63,989 nt of DNA from the NCBI GenBank assembly GCA_030324005.1, contig JARDVH010000121.1, positions 23,556,680 through 23,620,668 on the forward strand. The letters are read 5' to 3'. Below are positions 36,818 to 49,129 of this stretch, in pieces. This stretch comes from Negaprion brevirostris (lineage: Eukaryota). Every line of letters begins with the position of its first letter. The stretch's first letter is position 1. Position numbers and translations under genes: made by a program. Below the pieces are notes generated by a model that saw only the letters and a list, made by a program, of their open reading frames with translations, did not search any database and was not told the DNA's origin.

Positions 36818-37680
36818 GTTTGATTTGATTTCATTATTGTCACATGTATTAATATGCAGTGAAAAACATTGTTTCTTGCATGCTACCCAGACAGACAAAG
36901 CATACCATTCATCAAGAAGGAATGCAGAAAGTGCAGAATGTAGTTTTGCAGTAATAGCTAAGGTGTAGAGAAAGATCAACTTAGTGCATGATAGGTCCAT
37001 TCAAAAGTCTGATGGCAGCAGGGAAGAAGCTGTTTTTGAGTCAGTTGATATGTGGCCTCAGACTTTTGTATCTTGGAAAAAGGTAGAAGAGCGTATAACC
37101 GGGGTGTGTGGGGTCCTTAATTATGCTGGTTGCTTTTCTGAGACAGCAGGAAGTGTAGATAGAATCAATGGATAGGAATTTGGTTTGTATGATGGACTGG
37201 GCAACATTCATGAACCTTTGTAGTTTCTTGCGATCTTGGGAGGAGCAGGAACAATACCAAGCTGTGATACGAGAAAGAATGTTTTCTATGGTGCATCTGT
37301 AAAGGTTGTTGAAGTGCCAAATTCCCTTAGTCTTCTGAGAAAGTAGAGGTGTTGTTGGGCTTTCTTAACTATAGTATCTGCATGGGGGGACCAGGACATG
37401 TTGTTGGTGATCTGGACACTTAAAAACTTGAAGCTCTCGACCATTTCTACTTTTTCCCATTGATGTAGGCAGGAGCATGAATTATCACTGCCTGAAGTCT
37501 ATGACAATTTCCTTTGTTTTGTTGACACTGTGGGAGAGATTATTGTTGTCACGCCAGTTCACCAGATTCACTACCTTATTCCTGTATTCTGTCTCATCAT
37601 TGTTTGAGATCCGACCCACTATGGTGGTGTCTTCAGCAAACTTGAAAATCAAATTGGCGGGGAATTTGGCTATACAGTCA
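36818..37680 (-). mobile_element. Rex1/Babar LINE 3' portion
   Basis: Translation DCIAKFPANLIFKFAEDTTIVGRISNNDETEYR...NKTKEIVIDFR and the tail CATGTGACAATAATGAAATCAAATCAAA. Confidence 0.9.
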
Positions 37681-38482
37681 GTCATTGTTCTTCAGATGGA
37701 GGATTGGTTTTTGGTACTAAGTCAGAGACTGGTAAGAATCAACATTTCTGTGGGGCCTAGAGTCACATATAGGTCGGTCTGCCTTTCTTTACGGATTTCC
37801 TTACACAAAAGGATGTTAAAGACTCAGTTGGGGTTCCCACATGAATCTTGGTCATTTTTACTGGTATTTGTTTTGTTCAAAGAAAAAGAATTTTTCATTA
37901 ACTCAATTTACATTCCACAGCTATCATAATGGAATTTGAATTCCTGTCTCTGGATCATTTGTCCAGGCCTGTGAATTTCAAGTCCTGTAACATAACTATT
38001 AATACTGTACTGTTGTTCCTCCTTGATGTTTTTTTTAATCTGTGGTCTCTCATTCCAAGCCTTTGTTTAAGTGAAGCATCAGTTAGCATTGACATTATCC
38101 AAGCTTCTCTGTGTTCAATACGATCATTCTAGCTTTAATCTGAGTTGTGTTTATGCATTTCTGTTAAAATTGAGTTTTGCTCAGTTCAGAATCTTATAGC
38201 CACTAGAGCCACCTACATTTGTTTGATATTACACTGGACGCCATCAAAGGCTGGGGACTCCATGTGCTATGGTTTACATAACCTCCCTGAGCTACATCTG
38301 AATTGAATTTTTGTGTTTTGTTTGAAATGACATTATGGATAGATCAGTATGCCATTAATTTTATGCTGTCTGAAGAGAGGGGATCCTGATGATAAATTTC
38401 CATGGGCCTGGGCTTCAATCTTCTGACATGTCCAAATGTCAAACTCCACCATTTAGCATGTATTTCCTGCTTCCTGACTCAG

Positions 38483-38613
38483 TGGTTGGGATTTTACGGC
38501 ATCACTCATCCCGAAACCATAAAACCCTGCCCAACCGAGGTCAATGGCTCTTTCCATACTCCGTCCCTCGTCTGCTCTGATTCCCATGGCAGGTGGGCTG
38601 GTAAAATTCTGAC
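38483..38613. mobile_element. Short MITE
   Basis: GGTTGGGATTTTAC...GTAAAATTCTGAC imperfect TIRs; reverse-complement relative at 47022-47146. Confidence 0.5.
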
Positions 38614-38743
38614 TTGGTTGCATGATTTTTCATTCAAAGGTTTAATTGGACCACGTTACTTTGAGCTCTATATATGTCCCTTATATTTGTTATCTTGCCC
38701 TTAACCTCATATATATGGCAAATTGAGTAAACATACACCTTGA

Positions 38744-39655
38744 TGGTCCAACCATCTTCAGCTCCTTCATCAATGACGTTCCTTCCATGAGTGGGGATAT
38801 TCACTGATGACTACACAGTGTTCAGCATCATTTGCAACCCCTCAGATACTGAAACAATTCATGTCCAAATGCATCAAATCCCGAACAATATCAAGGCTGG
38901 GCTGACAAGTGGCAAGTAACATTCGCACCACACAAGTGCCAAGCCATTACCATCTCCAACAAGAGAAGATCTAACCATCACCCCTTGACATTCAATGTAT
39001 TACCATAGTTGAATTCCCTACTATCAACATTTGGGGGTTACCATTGACAAGAAACTAAATTGGACTGTGGCTGCCAGCTCAAAGTTTAAGAATCCTGCAG
39101 TAAATAACTCACCTCCTGACTACCAAAGCCTGTTATGATCTACAAGGCCAAAGTTGGGAGGGTAGCCTTCCACTTGCCTGGATGACTACAGCTCCAATAG
39201 CACCCAAGAAGCTTGACACCATCCAGGCTGAATAAACCTGCTCATTTGCTATCCCTTCCACAAAATTCAATCACTCCACCACTGATGAACAGCAATGTAT
39301 ACCATCTGCAAAATGCACTGCAAGAACTCACTAAAGTTCTTCAGGCAGCACCTTCCAAACCCACGACCATTACCATCTAGAAGAACAAGAGCAGCAGATA
39401 CCTGGGAAAACGACCACATTACCCTCCAAGTCACTTATTATCTTGACTTGGAAATACATCACCATTCCTTCACTGTCATTGGGTCAAAATCCCAGAATTC
39501 ACTTCCCAAGAGCACTGTGGATGTACCTACATTTCAGGGACTGCAATGGTTCAAGAAGGCAGCTCTCCAACGCCTTCTGAGTGGCAACTAGGGATGGGCA
39601 ACAGATGCTGGTCTAGCTACAGACATCCACATCCCATAAATTAATTTTTTTAAAA
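38744..39655 (+). mobile_element. Zenon-like LINE 3' portion (RT core to tail)
   Basis: Translations GPTIFSSFIND, IFTDD, WADKWQVTFAPHKCQ, IYKAKV and KKLDTIQ. Tail TTCAAGAAGGCAGCTC...GGGATGGGCAACAGATGCTGG...CATCCCAT. Confidence 0.88.
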
Positions 39656-40883
39656 ATGATTTAGAGGGTGTCATTGAACCCAAAAGATGCCCTGCACAGA
39701 GTTACACAATACACACCCTATATTACTGTGTTCTTTTCATGTGAAGTTACTGTACTGGCTACTGTTGGCCATGCCATCAGATGTACAAAAGGAACTAAAC
39801 ATGAAGTGCAGGCTAAAATATCTGGAATCAAATTACATGGATAACTGTGAAATTGATTAGAGTAAATATGGGCGCTCACTATATTCAGTGCAATTAAATA
39901 CACCACAAGCGTTGTTTGAACATGTTTTCTATAGACAATTGGAAAACTCTCATTTCAATGAAGAAGGAAAAGAAGCTGTCTGCTTCATTACAGCAAAATG
40001 GCATTTTTGACAAAATGCTAATCTAGTTTACACAATGATCATGCACTGACTAGTCCCTGTTCAATGCTTAATAATGTGTGCAAATGGATTATTAAACTCA
40101 TTTTTCTTGAGAAAGTTACTCCTTCACACAGCTGCTCAGCCCTGGAATCTGAGGAGGAACATTAAGAACAATACTGGATAAAATGATGCTGCCCAATGAC
40201 TTTTCAGTTTCAAAAATTTTACTGCACCTAAAATTTTAACCAAAAGATACAAACAGGTTTGGATCAAGTGGAGTGGGCAGAGGAGGGAGACAGGCAGGAT
40301 GGTGGGTTGGTATCACAGCTCAAGTCAACATCTGACCTGCTCACTTCCAGCTTTAACTGAGCCAGAATTTGGATAGATGACCAGTTACTCAAAGGAGGAG
40401 GTTTGGCACTTCAAATATGATAATAAAGCTATGAAAGCCATTATTATTCAACCTTGCAACTTTAATTGTGGTTATTTGGATTTGCCAAACTCTGTGAAGC
40501 CACTGCAGCTACATCCAGGTGAAAGCTTCCAAACTAAAGGTGGTGGCTTTATACCTACCTATTCTATCCAGTCTGCCTGCTTGGACAGTCCCCCTGTGGT
40601 TAGACACTACCTCCCTTCCTGGCTCTGATCCTGCCCTATGTGTCCTCTGAACTCCAGCCCTCAGGCTTCAGGTTCTCTTTGCTGGCTCCCACTTCTCAGC
40701 CACTACCTACAATCCCCATTCCCAATCCTCCAATTTCAAGTCCAGCATTCCTCAATGTCCCTCTTCAGATCTCCAATATCCCNNNNNNNNNNNNNNNNNN
40801 NNNNNNNNNNNNNNNNNNNNNNNNNNNNNNNNNNNNNNNNNNNNNNNNNNNNNNNNNNNNNNNNNNNNNNNNNNNNNNNNNNA

Positions 40884-41225
40884 GTGAGAATGAACTATGC
40901 AGACCAGCAAAGGTCCCAGGTTGGATCCTTTGTTTGTGTTTACTTAGTGGGTGAGGATGAGGAAGGCTACAGTTGATGTTAGCATTCCCAGGTTAGTCCA
41001 CGGAAAACTGGGAATGGTTTCCGCACCTAAACCTTACGGTGTGTTATCTAGAGAAGTAGAGATGAAAGTCAGGGAGGATAGGGTTGTGCTTGCCTGTGAT
41101 ACCCATTGATTACACTGCAAAATATAGAGTAAGGCGCCAAGGAATAACGAGTGTTTGTGGAACTGCTTTTCAACAAGGGATCAACGCATTAAGGAAAGCG
41201 ATGGAGGCAAAGGGAGAAAATTGGC
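40884..41225 (+). mobile_element. Highly decayed ancient SINE (LF-SINE-like by recall)
   Basis: CAGACCAGCAAAGGTCCCAGGTTGGATCC head with a B-box-like GGTTGGATCC; ends GGGAGAAAATTGG. Confidence 0.4.
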
Positions 41226-41854
41226 AATAGAAAAAAATGCTTTTACATGGCAGCATTGATCAGGATGGGCTATGCGAGGAGCTTTTGTTAAGTTATTCCA
41301 CAACATGAAATGATCCTTTCAGATAATTCAAAGGCCAAGCGAGAAAGCAAGTATCAATCAAGGAAGTTTAATTTCTGTCAAAATTACCTCCTGCACCCAT
41401 CTACCTTCACAGAATATTCCTATTAAAAAGTAGCTGACGTACAGGAAAGAGCATTTATTTCAGACAGCTATGTCAATTTCTTCTTATAACTAAGTAATAT
41501 TTCACAGAATATGGTTTGCTGGAAGGGTTCATTGATTATTTGATAGTCAAAAAGTTCTCATAAAACTGATCTTTTTCAAAGAAAACTCAGCTATGTATAT
41601 TTCTAATGTAAAATACAACTGTATTTTTTTCCTTGGTCAGTAATGATGTAGAATGCAGGAGGGGCGTTTCAACGGGAATGATGGGAAACTTGGTATGGAA
41701 TAGGGTTGGGTGTCATTTCCACGGAGATCATTATTTAAATGTAAATATATTTCACGTTATTCAGGGAACAGTCCTGATCTTTCTGTTAAAGGTAAGGGCT
41801 GTACTTTTTGCAATTCATTCCATCAATATTATCCCTAATATCTTTACTTTATCC

Positions 41855-42048
41855 GGGTGGCAGGGTGGCACAGTGGTTAGCCCAGCTGCCTCACAGCACC
41901 AGGGACCTGGGTTTGATTCCTGGCTTGGGTGACTGTCCATGCAGAGTCTGCACGTTCTCCCTGNNNNNNNNNNGTGTGGCAACTAGGGGATTTTCACAGT
42001 AGCTTCATTGCTGTGTTAATGTAAGCCTACTGGTGACATTAATAAATT
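41855..42048 (+). mobile_element. HE1-type SINE with type-2 tail (gapped)
   Basis: GGTGGCACAGTGGTTAGC head; tail GGGGATTTTCACAGTAGCTTCATTGCTGTGTTAATGTAAGCCTAC. Confidence 0.88.
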
Positions 42049-42741
42049 AGTAAAATATATCCATCATTTTAAACTTCGGAATGTATATTATTTCCAGAGA
42101 ATTGTAGCACACCAGACAAAGCAGGCTCACTAATGATCAAATGGCATTCAAATTTTCTGTCTAGATAAAGCTCCTTGGTGGTTCAAATTGTGCCCAAGTG
42201 GATTTGGCTTATGCCCACACTGGAAATTCGATGACAAGAACACGCCCTAAAGATCTGATCTGACATTCTGTACTTGACTGAAGTGTTGCCAATTTACGGG
42301 AGAGTTATATTTTGGATGTTTTCCCCAATTCTTTTTGACTATCCTAACTAAGTTATCAAACACGATGCAAAAATCGATCTCCAGGTTAGGCTCCCATATT
42401 CGGGCCCATTTCCTTTTATACAAGAGTCTGGAGTTGCTTCTGTCAAGAGGTAGATAAGAGGAGGAAGGTTCTATATTCACTGTCTGAGGGGAATATGACA
42501 AAGGTCCACGAGGCATCAATATGGGAACAACAACATGAAGGACACAATTTTAGTGGCGGAAAAAATTCAACAATCTGATCAGAGGAGGCACAGTAGGAAT
42601 ATATCTCTGATCTGATATAATCGCTGCCACTATGTGAGCGAAACTTTGAATGAAGCAACTTCAAAGACACAATAATGCTATTTTGAAAGCATCCAATGAT
42701 CCCAGCAGCTACAGTGCTGGAAGTGCCATGACTGTAACAGC

Positions 42742-42846
42742 ACATTCTGCACTCTCTCCTTTCCTTCTCTATGGACGGCACACTTTGTCTGTGTAGTGCG
42801 CAAAAAACAATACTTTTTACTGTATACTAATACACGTAACAACAAA
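42742..42846 (+). mobile_element. Rex1/Babar 3' UTR fragment
   Basis: ACATTCTGCACTCTCTCCTTTCCTTCTCTATG..., matching 56395-56500. Confidence 0.75.
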
Positions 42847-42914
42847 AATGACTGAACGAGGAGGGTGGCATTCATAATTGCATGCCAACAGCCCTACTTG
42901 TCCTAAGTGGCACC

Positions 42915-43120
42915 AATGAGATGTGAGGTGATGTGGGCACCACATCTTAGGAAGGATGCAAAGACATTGCAGGAGGTACAGAAAAGATTTACAATAATGA
43001 TTCTAGCAAAGAGGGATTTCACTGACATGGATCGATTGTACAAGTTGAGGTTAGAAACCCTACTGTGCTCTAACTCTTCTATGATTCTATAGGTCATGAA
43101 AGGTGCTGTCAATGTAAGAT
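42915..43120 (+). mobile_element. CR1 RT C-terminal fragment
   Basis: Translation WAPHLRKDAKTLQEVQKRFTIMI. Confidence 0.7.
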
Positions 43121-43413
43121 CCTTTTCACTTTCCTTTTAATCCTGCCCAGATATTCACGTGGAGAGCTCTCTCGCCCAGTAATTAGGACCAAATACACCA
43201 AGGACATGTGGAAGAGCACTTACACGAAGGTCAGGTGGGATTATGAACTTAGCCTTTGAACCGTTTTAGAAACTAGGTTAAGCACCGTAATAGAATTAAT
43301 CTTCAGGAGCATGCAACCAACCATAGTGAAGTCGACTCACTGAGCTTTGCTCTGCTTAAGTCAGAATCTAGGGGATAATTGTAAGGAGCAAGCACAGTCA
43401 TCAGGCCACAAAC

Positions 43414-43570
43414 TGATTTGATTTGATTTATTATTATCATGTGCATTAGTATACCGTGAAAAGTATTGTTTCTTGCATTCTATAGAGACACAGCATACTA
43501 TTCATTGAGAAGGAAAGGAGAGAGTGCAGAATGAAGCCTTACAGCCGTAGCTAAGGTGCAGAGAAAGATA
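43414..43570 (-). mobile_element. Rex1/Babar 3' UTR fragment
   Basis: (TGATT)n tail followed by GAAGGAAAGGAGAGAGTGCAGAATG. Confidence 0.75.
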
Positions 43571-43740
43571 TTAGAACTATCACCCAGAGCATAAGGTCAC
43601 CAGTTCCATCCCATCCTTGAGCCTTTTTCCCAAGCAGCCAACAGCCAAATGGTCTTGTTAAACGCCTATTTATGCCTATTGTTGGAGGCATCAGGGAGAG
43701 TGGAGCTGCCTGAAGGCAATCTCCTCGTGGCAGACTTGGG

Positions 43741-44224
43741 CAATGATGAGCAACCTAGGTGAGTGAGTAGGCTGCACAAGTGCCCCTCCTTTATGTCAGT
43801 AAGCCATGAGATTGAAATCAAGCTTGTTCGCTAACCATTACCTCATGAATAAGGTTAAATGCATCTAATATACGTCAAATATTTCACAACGAGTTAGAGA
43901 AAATTCTTAATCAATTATATATTAATCGAACTGTCTTCAACTCCAAATGGTAAAAATAAAATAAATATTTTCTCTTTGGACACAGAGGAAATGCATGGCT
44001 CTTAGTCAACATTGTGTACAATCAGCATGCACCTCACCTCATATGCCTTTGCTTTACATGCTCATCACTTCAGTCATACCAGTTGGAAGAAAACTACACA
44101 GAGAGAAATTGGCAGAATGTGGAAAGCCTGCGAATGGGCCGCGGTCAACAAACTGTCTCGTGGGCCGCATTCGGAACCCAGAGGGACCAGATGTGGCCCC
44201 TGGACCTCAGGTTGCCCACTACTG
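43741..44224. mobile_element. Non-autonomous hAT (Charlie-like) element
   Basis: TIRs CAATGATGAGCAACC and GGTTGCCCACTACTG (11/15), GGGCCGC subterminal motifs, and a degenerate 8-bp TSD GACTTGGG/GAGTAGAG. Confidence 0.55.
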
Positions 44225-45140
44225 GAGTAGAGTATCAGTGCTCCCAGCAGCAGCTGCAGGCCTTGTTGGGGAGGGCATTTTTCAATCTAAAGTCAAAAAG
44301 GTTGGCGAGAGAGGGTGCCTCATTTTTGGGTGCCCCCTTCCCCTTATATCTGAAAGGGCAACTTCCAGCTCCAGGCCCATTGCTCTTAATTGGTCAACAA
44401 GCCTGCCCTCCGGCCAGTAATTGGCCAATTATGATAAAACCACGGTTCCACATCAAGAGTAATCGTTGACATCCCCATTTGACCATGACAGTGGGGTTCC
44501 AAAGCCCTCCAGGGAAAATCATGCCCAGATGTATACATCAAGTTTAACATCTCGCAGCAATGAAAGAGGTATTATGCCATAAAGCATTAAGTGCAGCTCA
44601 TACATACATCTATACCCACATTTGGAAAGACTTTTTTTAAAAAAACTAACTAAAGGTCAGTTGGAATACCTACACTAGGGGCTTTTTCAGAATATGAAAG
44701 TCCATTCTTAATAGTTGTATGCTTACTTTCAGTAAAACAAATACTGTGCTTCAGAACACAGCATTTCTTAGTAATAGCAAAGAATGAATTGAGATGATTG
44801 TGAAACATTCTGTAATTAAAGCAGTTTGATCTAATTCCTAGCGTTGGGGGAAAAGTTTCCATTTCACAGGAGAATGAGTAGAAGTGGTTTCTTTCACAGC
44901 TTGCTTGTAGATAATTGGAACCGCTCATTAAAAATCTCAGAACAAAAAAAAACGATTGAGGACATATTTAGAAAACGTTACAATCCCCCTAGAGACTGAC
45001 AACCTTCAAAAAGATATTTGAAAGTTCAGCAACTGAATGGAAGGATCATACGACAAGATTTCAAGTTTTAAGACATTTACGGTAACAAAATAAAAGCAAC
45101 ATTAACTAAGCACTGTTCAGTCCGTAAATTCATTTAAAAA

Positions 45141-45390
45141 AACATAGAATAATAAAACTCCTACAGTGCAGAAGGAAGCCATTTGTTCCATTAAGTCTGC
45201 ACTGACAACAATCCCACCCACGTCCTATTGCTGTAATCCCACAGATCTACCCCGCTGATCCCTCTAACCTGTGCATCCGGGGACACTAAGAGGCAACTTA
45301 GCACAGCCAATGCACCAAACCCACACATCTTTGTACTGTGGGAGGAAACTGGAGCACCCGGAGGAAGCCCACACAGACATGGGAGAATGT
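45141..45390 (-). mobile_element. HE1 SINE, 5'-truncated
   Basis: Reverse-complemented tail CTACAGTGCAGAAGGAAGCCAT and V-domain CTGTGGGAGGAAACTGGAGCACCCGGAGG. Confidence 0.85.
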
Positions 45391-45481
45391 GTTACAGACT
45401 TCAATATGTGGATTCACATTGTGGTTCTCGTGGGAGAGCTACTTCATGTTACCTCATTTCCCTTTATGATTTCAGCAGGAT

Positions 45482-45786
45482 TATGCCTCACAGCTTCAGG
45501 AATCTGGGTTCGATTCCAGTTTGGGTCACCGTGTGGAGTTTGCACATTCTCCACATGTCTGTGTGGGTTTTCTCCAAGTGATCCGGTTTCCTCACACAGT
45601 CCAAAGATGTGCAGGTTGAGTGCATTGGCCATGCTAAATAGCCCCTTAGTGTCCCAGGATGTGTAGGTTAGAGGGATTAGTGGGGTAAACGTGTGAGATT
45701 GTAGACATAGGGCCTAAGTGGGATTGTTGTCAGTGTAGACCCAATTGGCCGAATGGCCTCCTTCTGCATTGCAGGGGTTCTGTGAC
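45482..45786 (+). mobile_element. HE1 SINE
   Basis: B box GGTTCGATTCC, V-domain and CR1-like tail. Confidence 0.88.
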
Positions 45787-47139
45787 AGCTAGGATTTCTG
45801 AAAATTCTGCAAATTATGTTTGAGCTGCTCAGACACTACTCATTCTCGTGAGCTTACCGTTCCCCAGATAACCCAGACCAAGACGAGCAAAATCACCCCC
45901 AATGAAAGTTTGGTTGACTGAGAATACAAATGTCAAACTGCTTCTTCTGGTCAAGGATTAAAGATCAGAAGATTCTCCAAGTTTGTGTCCCAAAGATAGA
46001 ATTACATAGAAATGACCATATTAATAGGCCATTGGGCCCAAAAAGATCAAATTGGAGCTTATCCTTCATGCAGACAGTAGTTTTAATTCCAAATACCTCC
46101 ATTGCTCTCATGTCTCTTTAACCCTTCAACCATCTATCCAATCTACTCTTAAACGTTCACACAGTCTCCTTTTCAATTACTAGTTTGGTAATGTATTCTA
46201 CAGCTTGACATCCTTCTGATCTCTATCCTAAGTCTTTTGCATCTAACCCTATAATGAGAGATACCAGAAAATTTGCAAACCATAAATCTCTTGCCACATT
46301 GTAAAATGAATATTCTGTCGCAGGGGACATTACTTGGCATGCAGACCGCAAAGGAAAATAATTGAAGGGAAGCTCCAAAACATTTCCACTTGGTTTGAAA
46401 GAAGTGGAGGGTAAGGCTTCCAGAAGTCAACCTGATGGCTTGATATCAGTAGTAGAGATATTCAGTAGTAGAACTGGCAGAGAAATCGGAGTGAGTGAGG
46501 GGCAGACCATGGAAAAGTCCATTGGCCTTGGGCAGGGTATTCCGGTTTTGGGGCGAGTGAGGTTGGAAAATTCCATCCATAACCTCTGATGATTTGACCA
46601 CTGTCAACACTTTTTACCCTTGCATCTCTGTGACAGAAAAGAATTCTTCTGTCATCCATTCTGAGCAGTCCTATTCTGCAACCAGTAAGTCTGCAAGAAG
46701 CCCATTGTAAATTGGTTCTGCAATCGGTTGGACAATGGCAGCCAATAAATCCCCAGGAAAGATCTGTTGCATTTTAACACCTTCTCAATGGAATATCCCA
46801 AAGTGTCATCTGTATCTTAATGCCCTGCTGAGACAAATATGCTAACACCCAGCCTGGTGTAGTCTTGTGTATTTTGAAAGACAAGAAAGGGAATCACCCG
46901 ACCTTTTGAAGTGATTTTGTTTCAAAGCAAATTACTTTTAAAGTAAAATGGAGAAAGAAAAGAAAAAAAGGACTTTGATCCAGTGATGGTGTAGAAGCAA
47001 AGCTGTATTTCGAAATCAGAATGCAGAATTTTCCCATCTCGCCCACCATGGGAATAGTAGCAGACAGGACATAGACCATTCAGAGGTCTGTTGACCTCGG
47101 GTGAGATTTTCTGGTCTTATGGCAAGCATGGCCAGAAAA

Positions 47140-47792
47140 TCCCATCATTTCATGCGAGAACACCATCCACCAGGTACATGGTACATACTCTTGCAACTTG
47201 GCTAACGTACTCTACCTAATACACTGAAGGAAAGGATGTCCCGAGGCATGGTACATTGAGGAGACCATGCAGACATTATGACAATGGATGGAAGATCGCT
47301 GCTCGACAATCACTAGGAGTGTTCTTTCCTGTCGGGGAACACTTCAACAGTCATGAGCATTCAGCCTCTAGTCTTCGGGTAAGCGTTCTCCAAGGTGGCC
47401 TTCATAACACATGACAACGCAGAATCGCTGAGCAGAAATTGATAGCCAAGTTCCGCACACATGACGGCGGCCTCAACCGGGATTTTGGGTTCATGTCACA
47501 CTATCTGTAAACCCCACGACTTGCCTGGGCTTGCAAATCCTCACTAACAGTCCTGACTGGAGACAAACACATCTCTTTAACCTGTGCTTAACCGTCTCTC
47601 CACTCACATTGTCTGTACCTTTAAGACTTGATTACCTGCAAAAATTCACATTCCAACAACTATTCTATAAATTGAGTTTGTGTCAAAATATGCCCTGTTT
47701 GTAAACACGAAGCCTCATTCACCTGAAGGAGCAACACTCCGAAAGCTTGTGCTACCAAGTAAACTTGTTATAACCTGGTGTTATAAGACTTT
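47140..47792 (+). mobile_element. Penelope-like element 3' end (GIY-YIG endonuclease remnant plus pLTR)
   Basis: Translation CPEAWYI(E)ETMQ...LPVGEHFNSH.HS...RRIAEQKLIAKFRTHDGGLNRD, followed by the terminal repeat shared with 57885-58263. Confidence 0.88.
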
Positions 47793-48109
47793 TTACATTG
47801 AGAGGCTCAACACTCCAAACTTGTCATTATCCAAACCAACATTGATGTCTCCAGTTTTATAACTTCTTCACACTCACTTATGACTTTGGCTAGGTATTTG
47901 CTCAGTGATTTCCTACCACTCCATTGGATAACCTCACCAGAATTACAGTAAGAACCCCAAGCTTTCCATCCTAATGTGTTCTTTCCTTCCTTTATTCAGT
48001 TTCTGAGCAGCACCCACATAAATCCACCTGGTTATATTTGCACTCATCTCCTTAAGTGGCCTCTCTACTTATCTCCCTCATGCCCTGACCCTCACCTCAA
48101 TGTGACATA

Positions 48110-48810
48110 GGTAAATGATCCGTCGCCATTGGGTTTGAACTATCTGCAGCCTGCGACATGTTTGCCATACAATAAAACCTTTGCCATTATTTACCCAGCT
48201 GAGTGGAACTGCACTCGTCTGGTTGCATTCTCATCTCTCTCATCATAACCAGAATGTCTTCTGCAATGGCTTCTCTTCCAACTCCAGGAAGCTTCTCTCA
48301 GGTTTCCTCCAAAGATCTATTCTTGGCCCCCTCCTATTTCTCATCTGCCCCTCAGTGACATAATCAGAAAACTCAGCATTAGCTTCCATATATACACTGA
48401 GTGCTCCCTCACCAAAACCTCTCTCATCTCTTCTACTAACTCTAAATCGTCAGACTGCATGTCCAAATCCAGTATTCATGAAAATAATTTTCCTCCAGTG
48501 AAGCCTTTGGTCCCCATGAAGGACTGCTTTTCCAATTCCATTCCTCTCACTGGCAAGGTTGAGCCAAGCTGTTTGCAAATGTGCTATCACATTAGGTCCT
48601 TGAGATGAGCTATAGAACAGATAGCTATGCCATTACTAAGACTGCTTATTTTCACCCCGATGCCTTCCTCAGCCACTGGAACCTTCATTAATGTATTTAT
48701 CACCTCCAGAATTGTCTATTCTGATGGACTGTTGTCCAGCCTTCACATTCTACAATCCTTAAATTGAGGTCATCCAAACTTCTGTTGCTATATCCTTACA
48801 CCATGTCCCA
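48110..48810 (+). mobile_element. L2 LINE RT fragment
   Basis: Translation QLSGTALVWLHSHLS...GFLQRSILGPLLFLI. Confidence 0.75.
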
Positions 48811-49129
48811 GTCAGCCATCTCTTCAGTGAATTTGGAGGGGTGTGGTGTGAGGTCAGGTACAGCAGGCGCACATTAACATTTGCACACTTGGAGAGTGTG
48901 CCAGTCTTCTGTCAGCTCTGGAACACATCAAAATTTTGAAATGGAGAGTAACGAGGCAGGACAGCCAGCAATCTGCATGCCACTTTCTTGTTGGAGAACT
49001 CATTAATAGACTGGAGAGAAATAGGATTGAACTGGTCTGTGGTGCGATAGTGCACAGCTGTCAGGAGCATAATGGGAAACCATTATTGATTGTGACTATG
49101 AATGAAATACCATATATAAAAATAGGAAT

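Noticed and set aside
43995-44469. Overlapping 141-aa and 151-aa ORFs
   Set aside because: They cross the boundary of a hAT-like MITE and resemble no protein I recognise.
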